DNA of 64,000 bases, from assembly GCA_965226885.1 (NCBI GenBank), contig CBDDEL010000010.1, positions 64,001 through 128,000 of the forward strand, given 5' to 3'. The notes below the pieces were generated by a model that had not been told where the DNA came from, searched no databases, and saw only the letters and a program-made list of their open reading frames with translations. The first letter of the stretch is position 1. Every line of letters starts with the position of its first letter. Below are positions 1-10,028 of the stretch, piece after piece. Source of the DNA: Opitutales bacterium (GTDB lineage Bacteria > Verrucomicrobiota > Verrucomicrobiia > Opitutales > UBA2987). A program made the translations under genes and the position numbers.

Positions 1-1
1 G

Positions 2-1174
2 CAATTTCTACTGACCAAGGAATCGTTTCGCCTGGCATGGGAGAGATTGAGCCACAACGGCATTATCCTGATTACCTGCTGGATGGATTATCCGGTTAAA
101 ACTTCCTTGAAAATAGCGGCCACACTGGCGGAAGTTTTGGATGAATTGGAAATTAATGAACCGGAGAATCACCTGGCGGCAATTCGCAGTTGGGGGTCCA
201 TCACCTTTGCCATGACCAAATCGCCTCTTTCCAGGGAGCAAACAATGGCTATTCGGGAGGAGTGCGCTAAACTGTTCTTCGATCCTTTGCTTCTGCCGCA
301 CCTGGACAAAGAGGAACGCCAAATCCACAATTCGCTGGCGGACGAAAGTTTTTTTGAAACCTTTTCCTCCATTCTCTCCGAAGACCGTGAGGCAGTCTAT
401 AGTGATTACGCTTTTAAACTGCAGCCGCCCACAGATAATAAACCGTTTTTTTACCAGTTTCTGAGATGGTCCTATCTTCCGGCTTTAGTGGAAACCTTCG
501 GCTTGCAAGGCGCTCCTTTTTTTGAACTGGGATCATTAATTCTGGCCATTAATCTGGTCCTGCTCGGAATTCTCGCGTTGGTTTTGATTATTTTACCATT
601 ATTCAAGCTTGGCCGGAGAACCGCGGGCAGAGCATGGACTTTTTTTTATTTCGGAAGTCTCGGAGCCGGTTTCATGCTGTTGGAAATCGTTCTCATGCAG
701 AAACTCACCCTGTTCCTGGGCAACCCGGTAATCGCTGCCGCCGCAGCAATTTCCGGCCTCCTTTTTTTCTCCGGTTTGGGGAGCCTCTATTCCAGTCGAT
801 TGAGGGCCAATGCCCTAAACCTGCGCCGTTCGACTTGCTTCGTGAGCCTGTTCATCGCAATATTCGCCATTTCCATCATAATCCTGCAACGAACCGGCAG
901 CCACCTGGCAACTCCAGTGCTGTGGGCGTCCATTTTTATTCTGGTCGTTCCTTTGGGGTTTTTCATGGGCATCCCTTTTCCCGTTGGGCTGAGAGCGCTG
1001 GAAAAAAAATATCCGGCCCAGCTTCCCTGGGCCTGGGGAATCAATGGCTGTTTCTCGGTTGTCAGCCCGGCCATGGGATTGGCCGTTGCTTTGCATGCCG
1101 GATTCAATGCCGTCTTCGTATTGGCAGCCATCGCTTACCTTCTGGCCGCTGGGGTAAACTTAAAAAAACATTGA
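2..1174 (+). CDS. Spermidine-synthase-like/SAM-dependent membrane protein, 5'-partial
   Basis: Frame is open from the window edge (QFLLTKESFRLAWERLSHNG...). PPTDNKPFF motif followed by multiple hydrophobic helices (LGAGFMLLEI, WAWGING). Confidence 0.65.
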   Translation, partial: QFLLTKESFRLAWERLSHNGIILITCWMDYPVKTSLKIAATLAEVLDELEINEPENHLAAIRSWGSITFAMTKSPLSREQTMAIREECAKLFFDPLLLPHLDKEERQIHNSLADESFFETFSSILSEDREAVYSDYAFKLQPPTDNKPFFYQFLRWSYLPALVETFGLQGAPFFELGSLILAINLVLLGILALVLIILPLFKLGRRTAGRAWTFFYFGSLGAGFMLLEIVLMQKLTLFLGNPVIAAAAAISGLLFFSGLGSLYSSRLRANALNLRRSTCFVSLFIAIFAISIIILQRTGSHLATPVLWASIFILVVPLGFFMGIPFPVGLRALEKKYPAQLPWAWGINGCFSVVSPAMGLAVALHAGFNAVFVLAAIAYLLAAGVNLKKH

Positions 1175-1183
1175 TCAATTTTC

Positions 1184-1909
1184 ATGCTGATGAAAGAATC
1201 CTTTGATAAGAATCGGTTAAATTCCACTCAAAAGGCGGCCCTAAGAGAGCATCTGGCAACCTTTGTAACCGATCGAAGAAAAGCTTTGATTGAGCGTTTG
1301 GGGCGTGAACGCACCCGCTACGTAACGGTCGTAATGGAAGATATATTTCAACCGCACAACGCAAGCGCCGCTATTCGATCCTGCGAGTGTTTTGGAGTTC
1401 AGGACATCCACATTATCGAAAATCGTTTCGAATACAGGATGAACCCGGATGTGATCATGGGGGCCGGCAAGTGGGTAAATTTATTACGTTATAAGGACCC
1501 GGATTCCAATAACACAACGAGTTGTCTGGAAACTTTAAAATCAAAAGGCTACAGGTTGGCGGCCACCGTACCGGACAAGGATGCCCTGCCACTTCCCCAA
1601 ATGCCTTTGGATCAAAAAATTGCCCTCATGTTCGGCACGGAAGAGGAGGGCCTTAGCCCAGAAGCCCTCGATTTGGCGGATTTGCGCATAACCATACCCA
1701 TGTCCGGATTCACCCAAAGTTTCAATCTATCGGTGAGCGTATCGCTGTGCCTTTATGATATCTGCGCCCGACTCCGGGCCGGGAACGAGGATTGGCGTTT
1801 GTCCTCTCAGGAGCGGTTGGATGTAGAACTGGCTTGGCTGCTCGCATCTGTCAAAAATCCGGAGATCATCTGCCGCAAGTTTATAAAACATATGCAGAAT
1901 GCATCCTGA
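1184..1909 (+). CDS. trmH: TrmH/SpoU family tRNA 2'-O-methyltransferase
   Basis: SPOUT motifs EDIFQPHNASAAIRSC, FGTEEEGLS, IPMSGFTQSFNLSVS. Confidence 0.9.
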   Translation: MLMKESFDKNRLNSTQKAALREHLATFVTDRRKALIERLGRERTRYVTVVMEDIFQPHNASAAIRSCECFGVQDIHIIENRFEYRMNPDVIMGAGKWVNLLRYKDPDSNNTTSCLETLKSKGYRLAATVPDKDALPLPQMPLDQKIALMFGTEEEGLSPEALDLADLRITIPMSGFTQSFNLSVSVSLCLYDICARLRAGNEDWRLSSQERLDVELAWLLASVKNPEIICRKFIKHMQNAS

Positions 1910-1919
1910 TACCGATCAT

Positions 1920-2675
1920 TCACTCGATTACAATTCCCATCGGACAATGGTCGGAGCCACCGACGTGAGGAGAAATAAAAGCATCCTTCAACTTGGGGCG
2001 GAGTATTTTTGATAGGCAAAAATAATCGATTCTCCACCCCACATTGCGCTCTCTCGAATTGGCCCTATAACTCCACCATGTATAGTTGCCTCCATCTTGA
2101 TTGAATTCCCGAAAGGTGTCCAAAAAGCCGGCATTTATGTAGTTGCTCATGCCTGCCCGCTCCTCGTCTGTAAACCCGGCGTTGCGCCGATTCGATTTTG
2201 GATTGGCCAGATCGATTTCCCTGTGGGCAACATTGAGGTCGCCACAAAAAATCACCGGCTTGGTTTTTTCCAGTGATTTCAGGTATTTCAGAAATGCGAC
2301 ATCCCAAACTTCAGAGCGGTAGGCGAGGCGCGACAGGTCCCGTTTGGCATTTGGGGTGTATACATTAATCAGGAAATGTTCCGCAAATTCCAGGGTGAGG
2401 ACGCGGCCTTCGGAATCTCCTTGAGCATCGCCAATGCCGGTTGTCACGTTAATGGGTTGCTTGCGGCAAAGCGACAAAGTCCCCGCATAACCCGGTTTTT
2501 GCGCCGGATTCCAATAGGAAACAAAACCGTTGGGCCATTCAATCGCGACCTGGTCCGGGCGCGCCCTTATTTCCTGCAGGCATAGAATGTCGAAATCGGT
2601 TCCCACCATGAAATCCATGAAGCCCTTTTTAAGCACTGAGCGCAGCCCGTTAACATTCCAGGAAATCAATTTCAT
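1920..2675 (-). CDS. xth: Exodeoxyribonuclease III / AP endonuclease
   Basis: Start reassigned to MKLISWNVNGLR at 2675. Motifs LQE, GDLNVAH, YTWWSYR, GWRIDY, SDHCP. Confidence 0.95.
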   Translation of the reverse strand: MKLISWNVNGLRSVLKKGFMDFMVGTDFDILCLQEIRARPDQVAIEWPNGFVSYWNPAQKPGYAGTLSLCRKQPINVTTGIGDAQGDSEGRVLTLEFAEHFLINVYTPNAKRDLSRLAYRSEVWDVAFLKYLKSLEKTKPVIFCGDLNVAHREIDLANPKSNRRNAGFTDEERAGMSNYINAGFLDTFREFNQDGGNYTWWSYRANSRERNVGWRIDYFCLSKILRPKLKDAFISPHVGGSDHCPMGIVIE

Positions 2676-2695
2676 ATATATATATTCATTTATAA

Positions 2696-3226
2696 CTAAC
2701 TTGTTGATAATTTGTTTTTTTTCTCTCTTTTTCTGCGTTTGCGGAGTATTTTTTTGAGTTTCTTGCGGCTGTCTGAGCCAACGATATAACCAGCGCAAAT
2801 GTCGCTTCCGCATTTGCAGGGATGGTCCAGAAAATGCTCCAAATCGTAATGGTAATCGTAGCTAAGTTCTTTTCCTTTCTCAATCTTGCGAATGGATACA
2901 ATCCAAATACGGCCTTTAATTTGCCGTGCTTCACAACAGGGGTCGCAGGAATGGTTGATTAAACGGGCAGTATTTTCAGGCACATTGCCGTCGATATCGT
3001 ACCTTTTATTGAGTTGAAAAATATAGACGATGCCTTCCCCTGAAATATTTGAAGATTCGAGCAGGGCGAGGCCGCGGCGGTTGGCTTCTGCCTTGGTAAT
3101 TTTTTCGCCAATATATTCGATAATTCTCGTTTCCTCCGGGATATCCCGGGCCGCGAATATTCCTTTATTATGAATTCGTGAGGAACCGATTTTCCAGAGC
3201 GGGTTTTCCGTTTGGTTCATATTCAA
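2696..3226 (-). CDS. SET-domain protein-lysine methyltransferase with post-SET cysteines and basic tail
   Basis: IHNKGIFA, ARLINHSC, ELSYDY, CKCGSDIC. Confidence 0.9.
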   Translation of the reverse strand: MNMNQTENPLWKIGSSRIHNKGIFAARDIPEETRIIEYIGEKITKAEANRRGLALLESSNISGEGIVYIFQLNKRYDIDGNVPENTARLINHSCDPCCEARQIKGRIWIVSIRKIEKGKELSYDYHYDLEHFLDHPCKCGSDICAGYIVGSDSRKKLKKILRKRRKREKKNKLSTS

Positions 3227-3341
3227 TATTCCTAAGATATCTTCAGGTTGCCAATGTTATGGACACTGGGATTGTTATGCTCGAAACATCATTTTTTACT
3301 TAATTGATCGAGAAGGATGCAGCCGATTATTTTGGAATAAA

Positions 3342-3641
3342 TCAGCACCGCCATGGTGTAAGCAAAAAATTTTCCAAAATCGCGCGCCGCCGGGTTGGAG
3401 GTGAAGAATAGTCCCGGCACCTTGCTTTGGAAATGTAATCTTCAATGGTATGGCCGCCTATGGGGTCGAAATGCCAGTTGGTTACTTCCAGAAAGCTTTG
3501 CCCTTCGGGAATGTTATGTTGCCAGCAATCCATCACATTTCCAACCACCAGGTAGTCCAATCTGTGGTGTTGAGCGCAAACCCCAAGCCCTAATCCATAG
3601 GTTCCGGCGCCAATGATTAGCAAAGGTACTTTAACGCTCAT
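3342..3641 (-). pseudogene. N-terminal remnant of an FAD-dependent oxidoreductase
   Basis: Rossmann motif LIIGAGTYGLG, but only 99 aa long. Confidence 0.5.
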
Positions 3642-4259
3642 TTTCCGTACCAGACATCGATTTTATGTTTTTCAATCAAATAGACCTCGCTCTGAAAAAC
3701 CTAATACCCGATTAATTCCGGTAACAAGTTCAAATTACCGTTGCCGAAGAATAATTTGGCCTATATGTCAAATTTTCCCACTGTAGCTTCCCGTGCGTTA
3801 GAAGAAAAGAATAAAAAAATCTCACGGATCCACAAAGACACCCAGTCTTTAAGAGCAAAGTAAAGGTCTCTTGCCCGGATGGTTGTTTCCTGTTGGCTGC
3901 ATGGCCCCGCCATCGGCGTTAGGTTCAACTTTCAGACAGCACCTTAGACCATTGGGCGTTCACTGTAGAAAATGTCTCCGGGCTATTGGCTCACGGTCGC
4001 CAATTACGTATCCGATCACTCGCTTTTGTTCACAAGAATCGACGGGACCGGGCCGATGATCGACGATCTGGAATGGGATGTAAAACTGTATCTGGCCATC
4101 AGCGGGGCGATCTATGATACCGGGAGGGGGAAAATTTTCTTCTTGTGGGAATTAAATGACGTTTTAAATTCCTGTTCGGGTGTGTCCTTTATTGACCGCT
4201 TTACCGAGAACACCTGCAACTTGGCTGTGTTTCATAAATAAAAATGGATTGCCGATAAT

Positions 4260-5801
4260 ATGAATTTTACGACTTTTAAGGATATGCTGGCTAGGATGTC
4301 GAATCGATGTCCGGAAAAAACTTTTTTGTACTGGGTTGATAAATGCAGAGCGCTTACCTACGGCGAAACTGATCGAATTTCCGATCGCATGGCAGGAGCT
4401 CTCGCCGCGCTCGGTATCGAAAAGGGCGATCGAGTAGGGATATTTGCGCATAACGGACTCGATTATATCGTATCGATGTTCGGTGCATGGAAGCTGGGCG
4501 CCATATCATGCCATATTAACGTGCTGCAAGCCGAGGACATTGCCTATTTTGTCCAGAATGCGACTCCAAAAGTACTAATCTATACACACGACATGTTTCA
4601 CCTAATCGATCGCAATCGGGACGCTATGCCGAGTATCAAACATTATGTCTGCATGGACGGAGAACAGGAGGGGGCGCTGGATTTTAATAAATGGTTGTCG
4701 GAAGCTCCCTGCGCCCCTGAGACCTGCGTTGAAGGCGGGGATGCCGCTCATTTGTCCTATACATCCGGGTCGTCGGGAATGCCCAAGGGCGCTCTTTTGG
4801 CCCACGGCCCAACGGCCCGAGCGACTCATTATATCGCTGAAAGAATGGAACTGGCCAGTGATTGCGTTACACTCGGCCCGACCTCGCCGGCAAGTTCCTA
4901 TGGGCTCGTGGTCAATTTGCTACCAGCGCTTCACCGGGGCGCGACGGTTGGGTTGATGTCGAGGTGGGATGCTGCCAACGCATGGGAAGACATGGAAAAG
5001 CGAGGCGTAAATTATTTTCCCGCCAATCCGCTGGTGTTTGCGGATTTTCTTCACGAATGCCGCCGAAGAGGCCGAAAGCCGGCCAAACTTAGAGTGGCCC
5101 CCTCTGGAGGCGCTCCGCTACCCATTGATCTGAAAAAAGCGTATTGGGAAGAATTCGAAATTTTTGTGGTTGAGAGTTACGGCCAAAGTGAGCTGGGTGG
5201 ATTTGTCGCTTTGGGATACCCCCGAAAAGAGAAAGAGGAGCAGAAGGCGGCCATTGGTCCGTGCCTGCCGGACAAGGAAGTTTGCATAATGGATGAGAGT
5301 GAAAGGAAAGTTCCAGTGGGGCAAGCGGGAGAAATGTGCATCCGTGGCGGTTATATGATCGGGTATTGGGAAATGCCGGAAAAAACCGATGAGGTTCTGC
5401 GAGATGGTTGGCTGCATACCGGGGACATGGGGAAAATGGACGAAGAAGGATATATTTCAATGCTCGGACGCTGGAGCGAGCGAATGGTTAGCGATGGCAA
5501 AGTCATATTTCCTCGCCCCATGGAAGAAGCGCTTTTGCGGCATCCCGCGGTTCAGTATGCGGCCGTTATCGGCAAACCGGATGCGCAAGCGGGAGAAGTG
5601 CCAAAGGGCGTCGTTTCCCTCCATCCTGGGCTGGAAGCGGGGCCGGAGGAGCTTCTGGAACATTGCCGGATGGACTTGGGCGCAGCCAGCGCTCCCGTCG
5701 AGATCGAGATTGTGGACGAAATGCCTATGACTGCAACCGGCAAGATCGGCCGGGCAATACTGCAAAGGCGCGAGCGAGAGCGAAAAACGCCCAACTTATG
5801 A
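4260..5801 (+). CDS. AMP-dependent acyl-CoA synthetase (class I adenylate-forming enzyme)
   Basis: YTSGSSGMPKG, YGQSE, GWLHTGD, TATGKI. Confidence 0.9.
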   Translation: MNFTTFKDMLARMSNRCPEKTFLYWVDKCRALTYGETDRISDRMAGALAALGIEKGDRVGIFAHNGLDYIVSMFGAWKLGAISCHINVLQAEDIAYFVQNATPKVLIYTHDMFHLIDRNRDAMPSIKHYVCMDGEQEGALDFNKWLSEAPCAPETCVEGGDAAHLSYTSGSSGMPKGALLAHGPTARATHYIAERMELASDCVTLGPTSPASSYGLVVNLLPALHRGATVGLMSRWDAANAWEDMEKRGVNYFPANPLVFADFLHECRRRGRKPAKLRVAPSGGAPLPIDLKKAYWEEFEIFVVESYGQSELGGFVALGYPRKEKEEQKAAIGPCLPDKEVCIMDESERKVPVGQAGEMCIRGGYMIGYWEMPEKTDEVLRDGWLHTGDMGKMDEEGYISMLGRWSERMVSDGKVIFPRPMEEALLRHPAVQYAAVIGKPDAQAGEVPKGVVSLHPGLEAGPEELLEHCRMDLGAASAPVEIEIVDEMPMTATGKIGRAILQRRERERKTPNL

Positions 5802-5845
5802 TACAACGGTTCCGATTGATCGGATTGGGGATGGCCCGGTGTGCC

Positions 5846-6436
5846 TCAAGAGGGCGAGCGGGTAACGTTCAGGCTGTCTCCGGGATAAACCTTGTAATCT
5901 TTGTCCGGGTTTCTCAGGGCCGATTTGGCATCAACCACATAGGTTTTCGAGTCCCTGGTTAAAAGGACACCTGATTTTTTTCCGTAAATATTGAATCCAC
6001 CGGCTTCCTGGATGGCTTTATTGAGCGTCAGGTTCGGGCTCCATAAAACTCTGCCTGGTCGAACGACTTCGCCGCCAACATGGATGAATCGCTGAGTCAC
6101 CGCTACCGATACGTCAATCGACGTATAGATTTTCCGTTCGATATAAGTTTCGCGGACCCTTAGGGCAATTTCCGACTCGGTCAGACCGGCCACCTCAACC
6201 TGCCCGATGTATGGCAGGGAGATAAACCCCTGATCGTCGATCTGCACGGGTACACTAGCGGCATCCGGAATACTTTGCAGACTGACGACAATGCCGTCGC
6301 CGGAGCGTAGGCCCACCGAGAAGGGAGGGAGAATGACAGAGACCGCGTCGGAGGATGTGCTCTCGCAACCACCGTAGAAGACAGCTATAAGGGACAATGG
6401 CAGAAACCATGCTGCAAACTGGGCTTTAACTAGCAT
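5846..6436 (-). CDS. Polysaccharide biosynthesis/export (Wza-like, SLBB) lipoprotein
   Basis: IDDQGFISLPYIGQVEVAGLT, VGGEVVRPG, AIQEAGGF. Lipobox-like YGGC. Confidence 0.8.
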   Translation of the reverse strand: MLVKAQFAAWFLPLSLIAVFYGGCESTSSDAVSVILPPFSVGLRSGDGIVVSLQSIPDAASVPVQIDDQGFISLPYIGQVEVAGLTESEIALRVRETYIERKIYTSIDVSVAVTQRFIHVGGEVVRPGRVLWSPNLTLNKAIQEAGGFNIYGKKSGVLLTRDSKTYVVDAKSALRNPDKDYKVYPGDSLNVTRSPS

Positions 6437-6537
6437 AATACAAAACTGGCGCTCGAAGTTGTTAATTGGCTCTACCAGATTGAGCAGGCGAGTCCAGTAT
6501 ATTCGAGATTCTCAAGTTCAGCCGAATGCCGATTGGC

Positions 6538-7290
6538 TTAATTGTCGTCTGTGCTGGCTTCTATCGATTCTTCATCCTCGAAATCCGTTATGTCATTGTC
6601 TTCGTCGGATTGAAAATCATCGGCATCCGCAACCGCATCTTCATCGACCCATTTCATGGTTTCATCTTCTTCAATTTTTTCCTCCACCAGATCGGGAATT
6701 TCCGAGAGGCTTTCGTCGCCATTCTGGGCGGGGGTGGATTCTTCTTCAAAATCCAACCCATAACCTTTTGGAACATATTCGAGGATGGTTGTGATTTGGG
6801 TGAAAAAATGAATATCATCCTCCTCGTAGTAGCCCAGCTTTTGCTGCTCACGAATTTCATCTTGGAGGTCTTCAATGGTCAAGGGTTGCTCGAAATCAAT
6901 CAAATCATTGAGCATTTTAACCCGTGATTTGGTAATTTGCTCGATAAAATCCGCATAAGGGCCCTTTTCTTCATCGAGGATGTCAGGCAGCGCAAAGAGC
7001 GGTTCCTCGCTTTCGAAAAAGGATTCTTTGATCCGCACCAGTTTGATGCAGCCTTCTTCGATTTCTCCATCAATGCCAAATTTAAAGAAAGCGTCATCCA
7101 GGATGTCGGGATCAAATCCATAGTCGCGCAAAGGCTCGCAAAGATCTATACTATGACCAATTTGGCTAGGGTCGATGATGCCGAGCCCGTCTACATCCCA
7201 GCGTTTTTCATCGCTGAGGCTTTCAACCCACCAGTTGTTGTCGTCTTTGAGCCGAATAATCGACCATTCCAGTTTAGGAGTGGTAGTCAT
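6538..7290 (-). CDS. Hypothetical highly acidic protein
   Basis: About 250 aa from ATG 7290, very D/E-rich, fills the intergenic space. Confidence 0.7.
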   Translation of the reverse strand: MTTTPKLEWSIIRLKDDNNWWVESLSDEKRWDVDGLGIIDPSQIGHSIDLCEPLRDYGFDPDILDDAFFKFGIDGEIEEGCIKLVRIKESFFESEEPLFALPDILDEEKGPYADFIEQITKSRVKMLNDLIDFEQPLTIEDLQDEIREQQKLGYYEEDDIHFFTQITTILEYVPKGYGLDFEEESTPAQNGDESLSEIPDLVEEKIEEDETMKWVDEDAVADADDFQSDEDNDITDFEDEESIEASTDDN

Positions 7291-7502
7291 ATACGCGTGA
7301 GTTCGGGTAGATAATAAGGTAGGGCGTTTAAGTTGAAATGGGTCACATTTCATTTTTGAAATATCGGCTAATATCTTTGATTAACGCTTAGCAACATTGA
7401 AAGCATTTTTTTAAAAAAAACACGACCCTAGAAAATGTAAAGCCGCCATTTGGCCTTTACTGAGTTCTTGCCCTTTTTCCGAAGCTGTAGCAAATTAGGG
7501 AG

Positions 7503-8567
7503 ATGGGTCTATTTTATGAGAGGGTAGTCAGACCAGCGCTATTCATGCAGGATGCGGAAAGAGCGCACGAGGCTGCTGTTCTGGCTTTAAAACTGTTGCA
7601 TAAAAGTTCTCTCATTTGCAGCCTGCTCCATCGATTGAATCGAAACTCTCCGCATCGGCCCATTCAAATCTTCGGACTGGATTTTCCCAATGCCGTTGGC
7701 CTGGCTGCCGGATTGGATAAAAATGCCCAGTTCTGGCGCTCTTCGGCCGCCTTGGGTTTCGGGCATGTCGAGGTTGGCACCATTACATTGAAACCCCAGC
7801 CGGGCAATCCCCGCCCGCGCCTTTTTCGCTTTGTGGAAAATGAAGCCCTCATTAATCGTATGGGATTTAACAACGATGGGGCCGAGGCGGTCGCTGCCCA
7901 TTTGAAATCCGCCGGCGCGCACCGCTTCAGGCCCATCCCTTTGGGCATCAACATCGGCAAGTCGAAGAGCGCCGACTTGTCTTTGGCGGCCGAGGATTAC
8001 CTCGGTTCCTTTCACTATTTGGCTGATTATGCGGATTACTTTGCCATAAATGTGAGCAGCCCCAACACACCCGCCCTACGGCAGCTTCAGGGGCACAAAT
8101 ATTTGCCCGGATTATTAAAGACGATCCGCCAGGCCAACCTTGATCGCGCCCGCAAGCTAGGATTAAAGCCTATCCCGCTGCTGGTTAAGATTGCGCCGGA
8201 TCTCGATTTTCGGGAAATTGACAGCGTCCTGGCCGATGTAATGGATTTGGGTTACGACGGCATCATCGCCACTAATACGACTATTGAGCGTCCAGGCGCT
8301 CTTTCCAGCGTCAACGAGCCGGGCGGGTTGAGTGGAAAGCCGTTGCACAATCGGGCGGTTGGGGTAGTAAGCTACATCCACAAAGCCACTGCCGGTCGTC
8401 TGCCCATAATCGGTGTAGGCGGGATTTCCGATCCCGATTCTGCTGGACGGATGATTGATGCAGGAGCCTCCCTGGTGCAAATATACACCGGGCTAATTTA
8501 CAAAGGACCGTGTTTGCCGGCACAGATAGCCCGAGCCCTTGCCCCACAGCACGAACAGTGGGTTTAA
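7503..8567 (+). CDS. pyrD: Quinone-dependent dihydroorotate dehydrogenase
   Basis: GLAAGLDKNA, INRMGFNN, NVSSPNTP, GGLSGKPL. Confidence 0.96.
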   Translation: MGLFYERVVRPALFMQDAERAHEAAVLALKLLHKSSLICSLLHRLNRNSPHRPIQIFGLDFPNAVGLAAGLDKNAQFWRSSAALGFGHVEVGTITLKPQPGNPRPRLFRFVENEALINRMGFNNDGAEAVAAHLKSAGAHRFRPIPLGINIGKSKSADLSLAAEDYLGSFHYLADYADYFAINVSSPNTPALRQLQGHKYLPGLLKTIRQANLDRARKLGLKPIPLLVKIAPDLDFREIDSVLADVMDLGYDGIIATNTTIERPGALSSVNEPGGLSGKPLHNRAVGVVSYIHKATAGRLPIIGVGGISDPDSAGRMIDAGASLVQIYTGLIYKGPCLPAQIARALAPQHEQWV

Positions 8568-8615
8568 TTGAAATATGCTGCAATTCTGGCGGTCTTTTCC
8601 CTTTTCCCTATCCCA

Positions 8616-10019
8616 TCAGGAGACAACGGAACAGGGTAGCATGGCGGCGTCCCGCATTCCGTGAATAATCTTTTTATTGGAGGGACAAAAGGTGCAGAGG
8701 ATGCCGGATAGCCTAGGCCCATCCTCTTCGACAAAATAATAGGGGCTCAAACGGACCCGGCCTTCCTGTTCAATCAACTCGCCGGAAGAATTGTAAACGG
8801 GGTGGCGCAGCCGCTTAGGTTTGTGGTAATCCTGCAAAACATAAAGGTTTTGTGGACTCGATCGGAGGGCCTCGTCGATGCCCCTCTGCCATTCCTGGCG
8901 GGGAATATCGCTGCCCAGCAGGACACTTCGCGCTCCCCAAGCATCCTCGTGAAAACCGCTTAATTTCAAGATCAGGTTGCGCTCTTTTTGGGAGGCCTGG
9001 CCAAGCTGCTCCCAATTCCAGATGGGCTTTCCCTTGACATTGGGAGCATCCAGCACGGCGCTGGGGGGCAAATCCACGCGATCCATAATCCAGGATCGGG
9101 GGATTACCTTACGCAATAATGTGAATGCTTTTTTAGAGAGATTTTCCCGCCAATAATCTTCAAGCAGGTGGTGATGAAAAAGGGAGAGCCCCATTTTTTC
9201 TTCCTGAAAAGGGCGCATGGGAGGTGTGACCACCAGTTCGGAATCCTCCCAGGCATCAAGGATGTATCCGGCAATGGGAACATTGGACAAGTCGAACAAT
9301 TCCCAAAAACGATAAACAATATCGATTTGCTCAGGATTTCCGTCAATCGAGGCACACAGTGCGGTGCCCAGGGGCATGATTTCGGAAGGGTGAAAACAGT
9401 AAACTCTTTTTCCCATTTGCCGCAATGAGGAGGCCAGCCACTCCATTTCCGGACGATAGGTATGGGCCTCGTCGCTCACCAGAATGGCAATCAGGGGCAG
9501 GGATTTCCCGGGCGTCATGGCTGCCAAGGTCCGGTAGAACGAATGAATCATGAGATCTCCCGCACCTACCAGGTCGGCGCTGTTCTCGCCATAAAGTCGA
9601 TTGATATAAGCGGTCAGCCCGATTCCCCCCGGAACGCTATCGATTTCGGTCATGGCGAAACCATTTTCGGTTATCAACAGGTCGGGGCGGATGATCCTGG
9701 GCGATTCGCCGCGCAGCCTTTTCGATCGCGAATGCTCCACCAGGGCGCGTGGCTTTCCGCGGTCGAGATAGTCTGCCACCCAGGGGGCTTTAAGGGGTTT
9801 GTTGCGTAAAAGATTTTTCCCCTCGGCCGAACGCAGGTAAAGCATTTCCAAAGCGCGGTAAAACTCGTGACAGGCTTGCCCGATAGATTCTATCTCGCGG
9901 ATTTGGTCTGGAGTCAAAGGCCAGGGCTGGGGAGAGATTTGCCAGGTTTTATCCTCAAATAATGGCTGCCGGCGAAAAGCCTCCCGGATGCCCTCAAAAC
10001 TTAGCGATTCAGTTTCCAT
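8616..10019 (-). CDS. Uncharacterised ATP-grasp-like protein (GSP synthase/circularly permuted type)
   Basis: RPDLLIT...EIDSVPGGIG, LILK...WGARSV..G, YVLQDY. Starts 9 nt after the prfB stop. Confidence 0.55.
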   Translation of the reverse strand: METESLSFEGIREAFRRQPLFEDKTWQISPQPWPLTPDQIREIESIGQACHEFYRALEMLYLRSAEGKNLLRNKPLKAPWVADYLDRGKPRALVEHSRSKRLRGESPRIIRPDLLITENGFAMTEIDSVPGGIGLTAYINRLYGENSADLVGAGDLMIHSFYRTLAAMTPGKSLPLIAILVSDEAHTYRPEMEWLASSLRQMGKRVYCFHPSEIMPLGTALCASIDGNPEQIDIVYRFWELFDLSNVPIAGYILDAWEDSELVVTPPMRPFQEEKMGLSLFHHHLLEDYWRENLSKKAFTLLRKVIPRSWIMDRVDLPPSAVLDAPNVKGKPIWNWEQLGQASQKERNLILKLSGFHEDAWGARSVLLGSDIPRQEWQRGIDEALRSSPQNLYVLQDYHKPKRLRHPVYNSSGELIEQEGRVRLSPYYFVEEDGPRLSGILCTFCPSNKKIIHGMRDAAMLPCSVVS

Positions 10020-10028
10020 GCTAAAAAA

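Noticed and set aside
2676..2813. 46-aa N-terminal extension of xth in the ORF track
   Set aside because: It overlaps the SET gene. The family start MKLISWNVNG is at 2675.
3871..4241. Short ORFs upstream of the acyl-CoA synthetase
   Set aside because: No recognisable motif or start signals. They may be decayed sequence.
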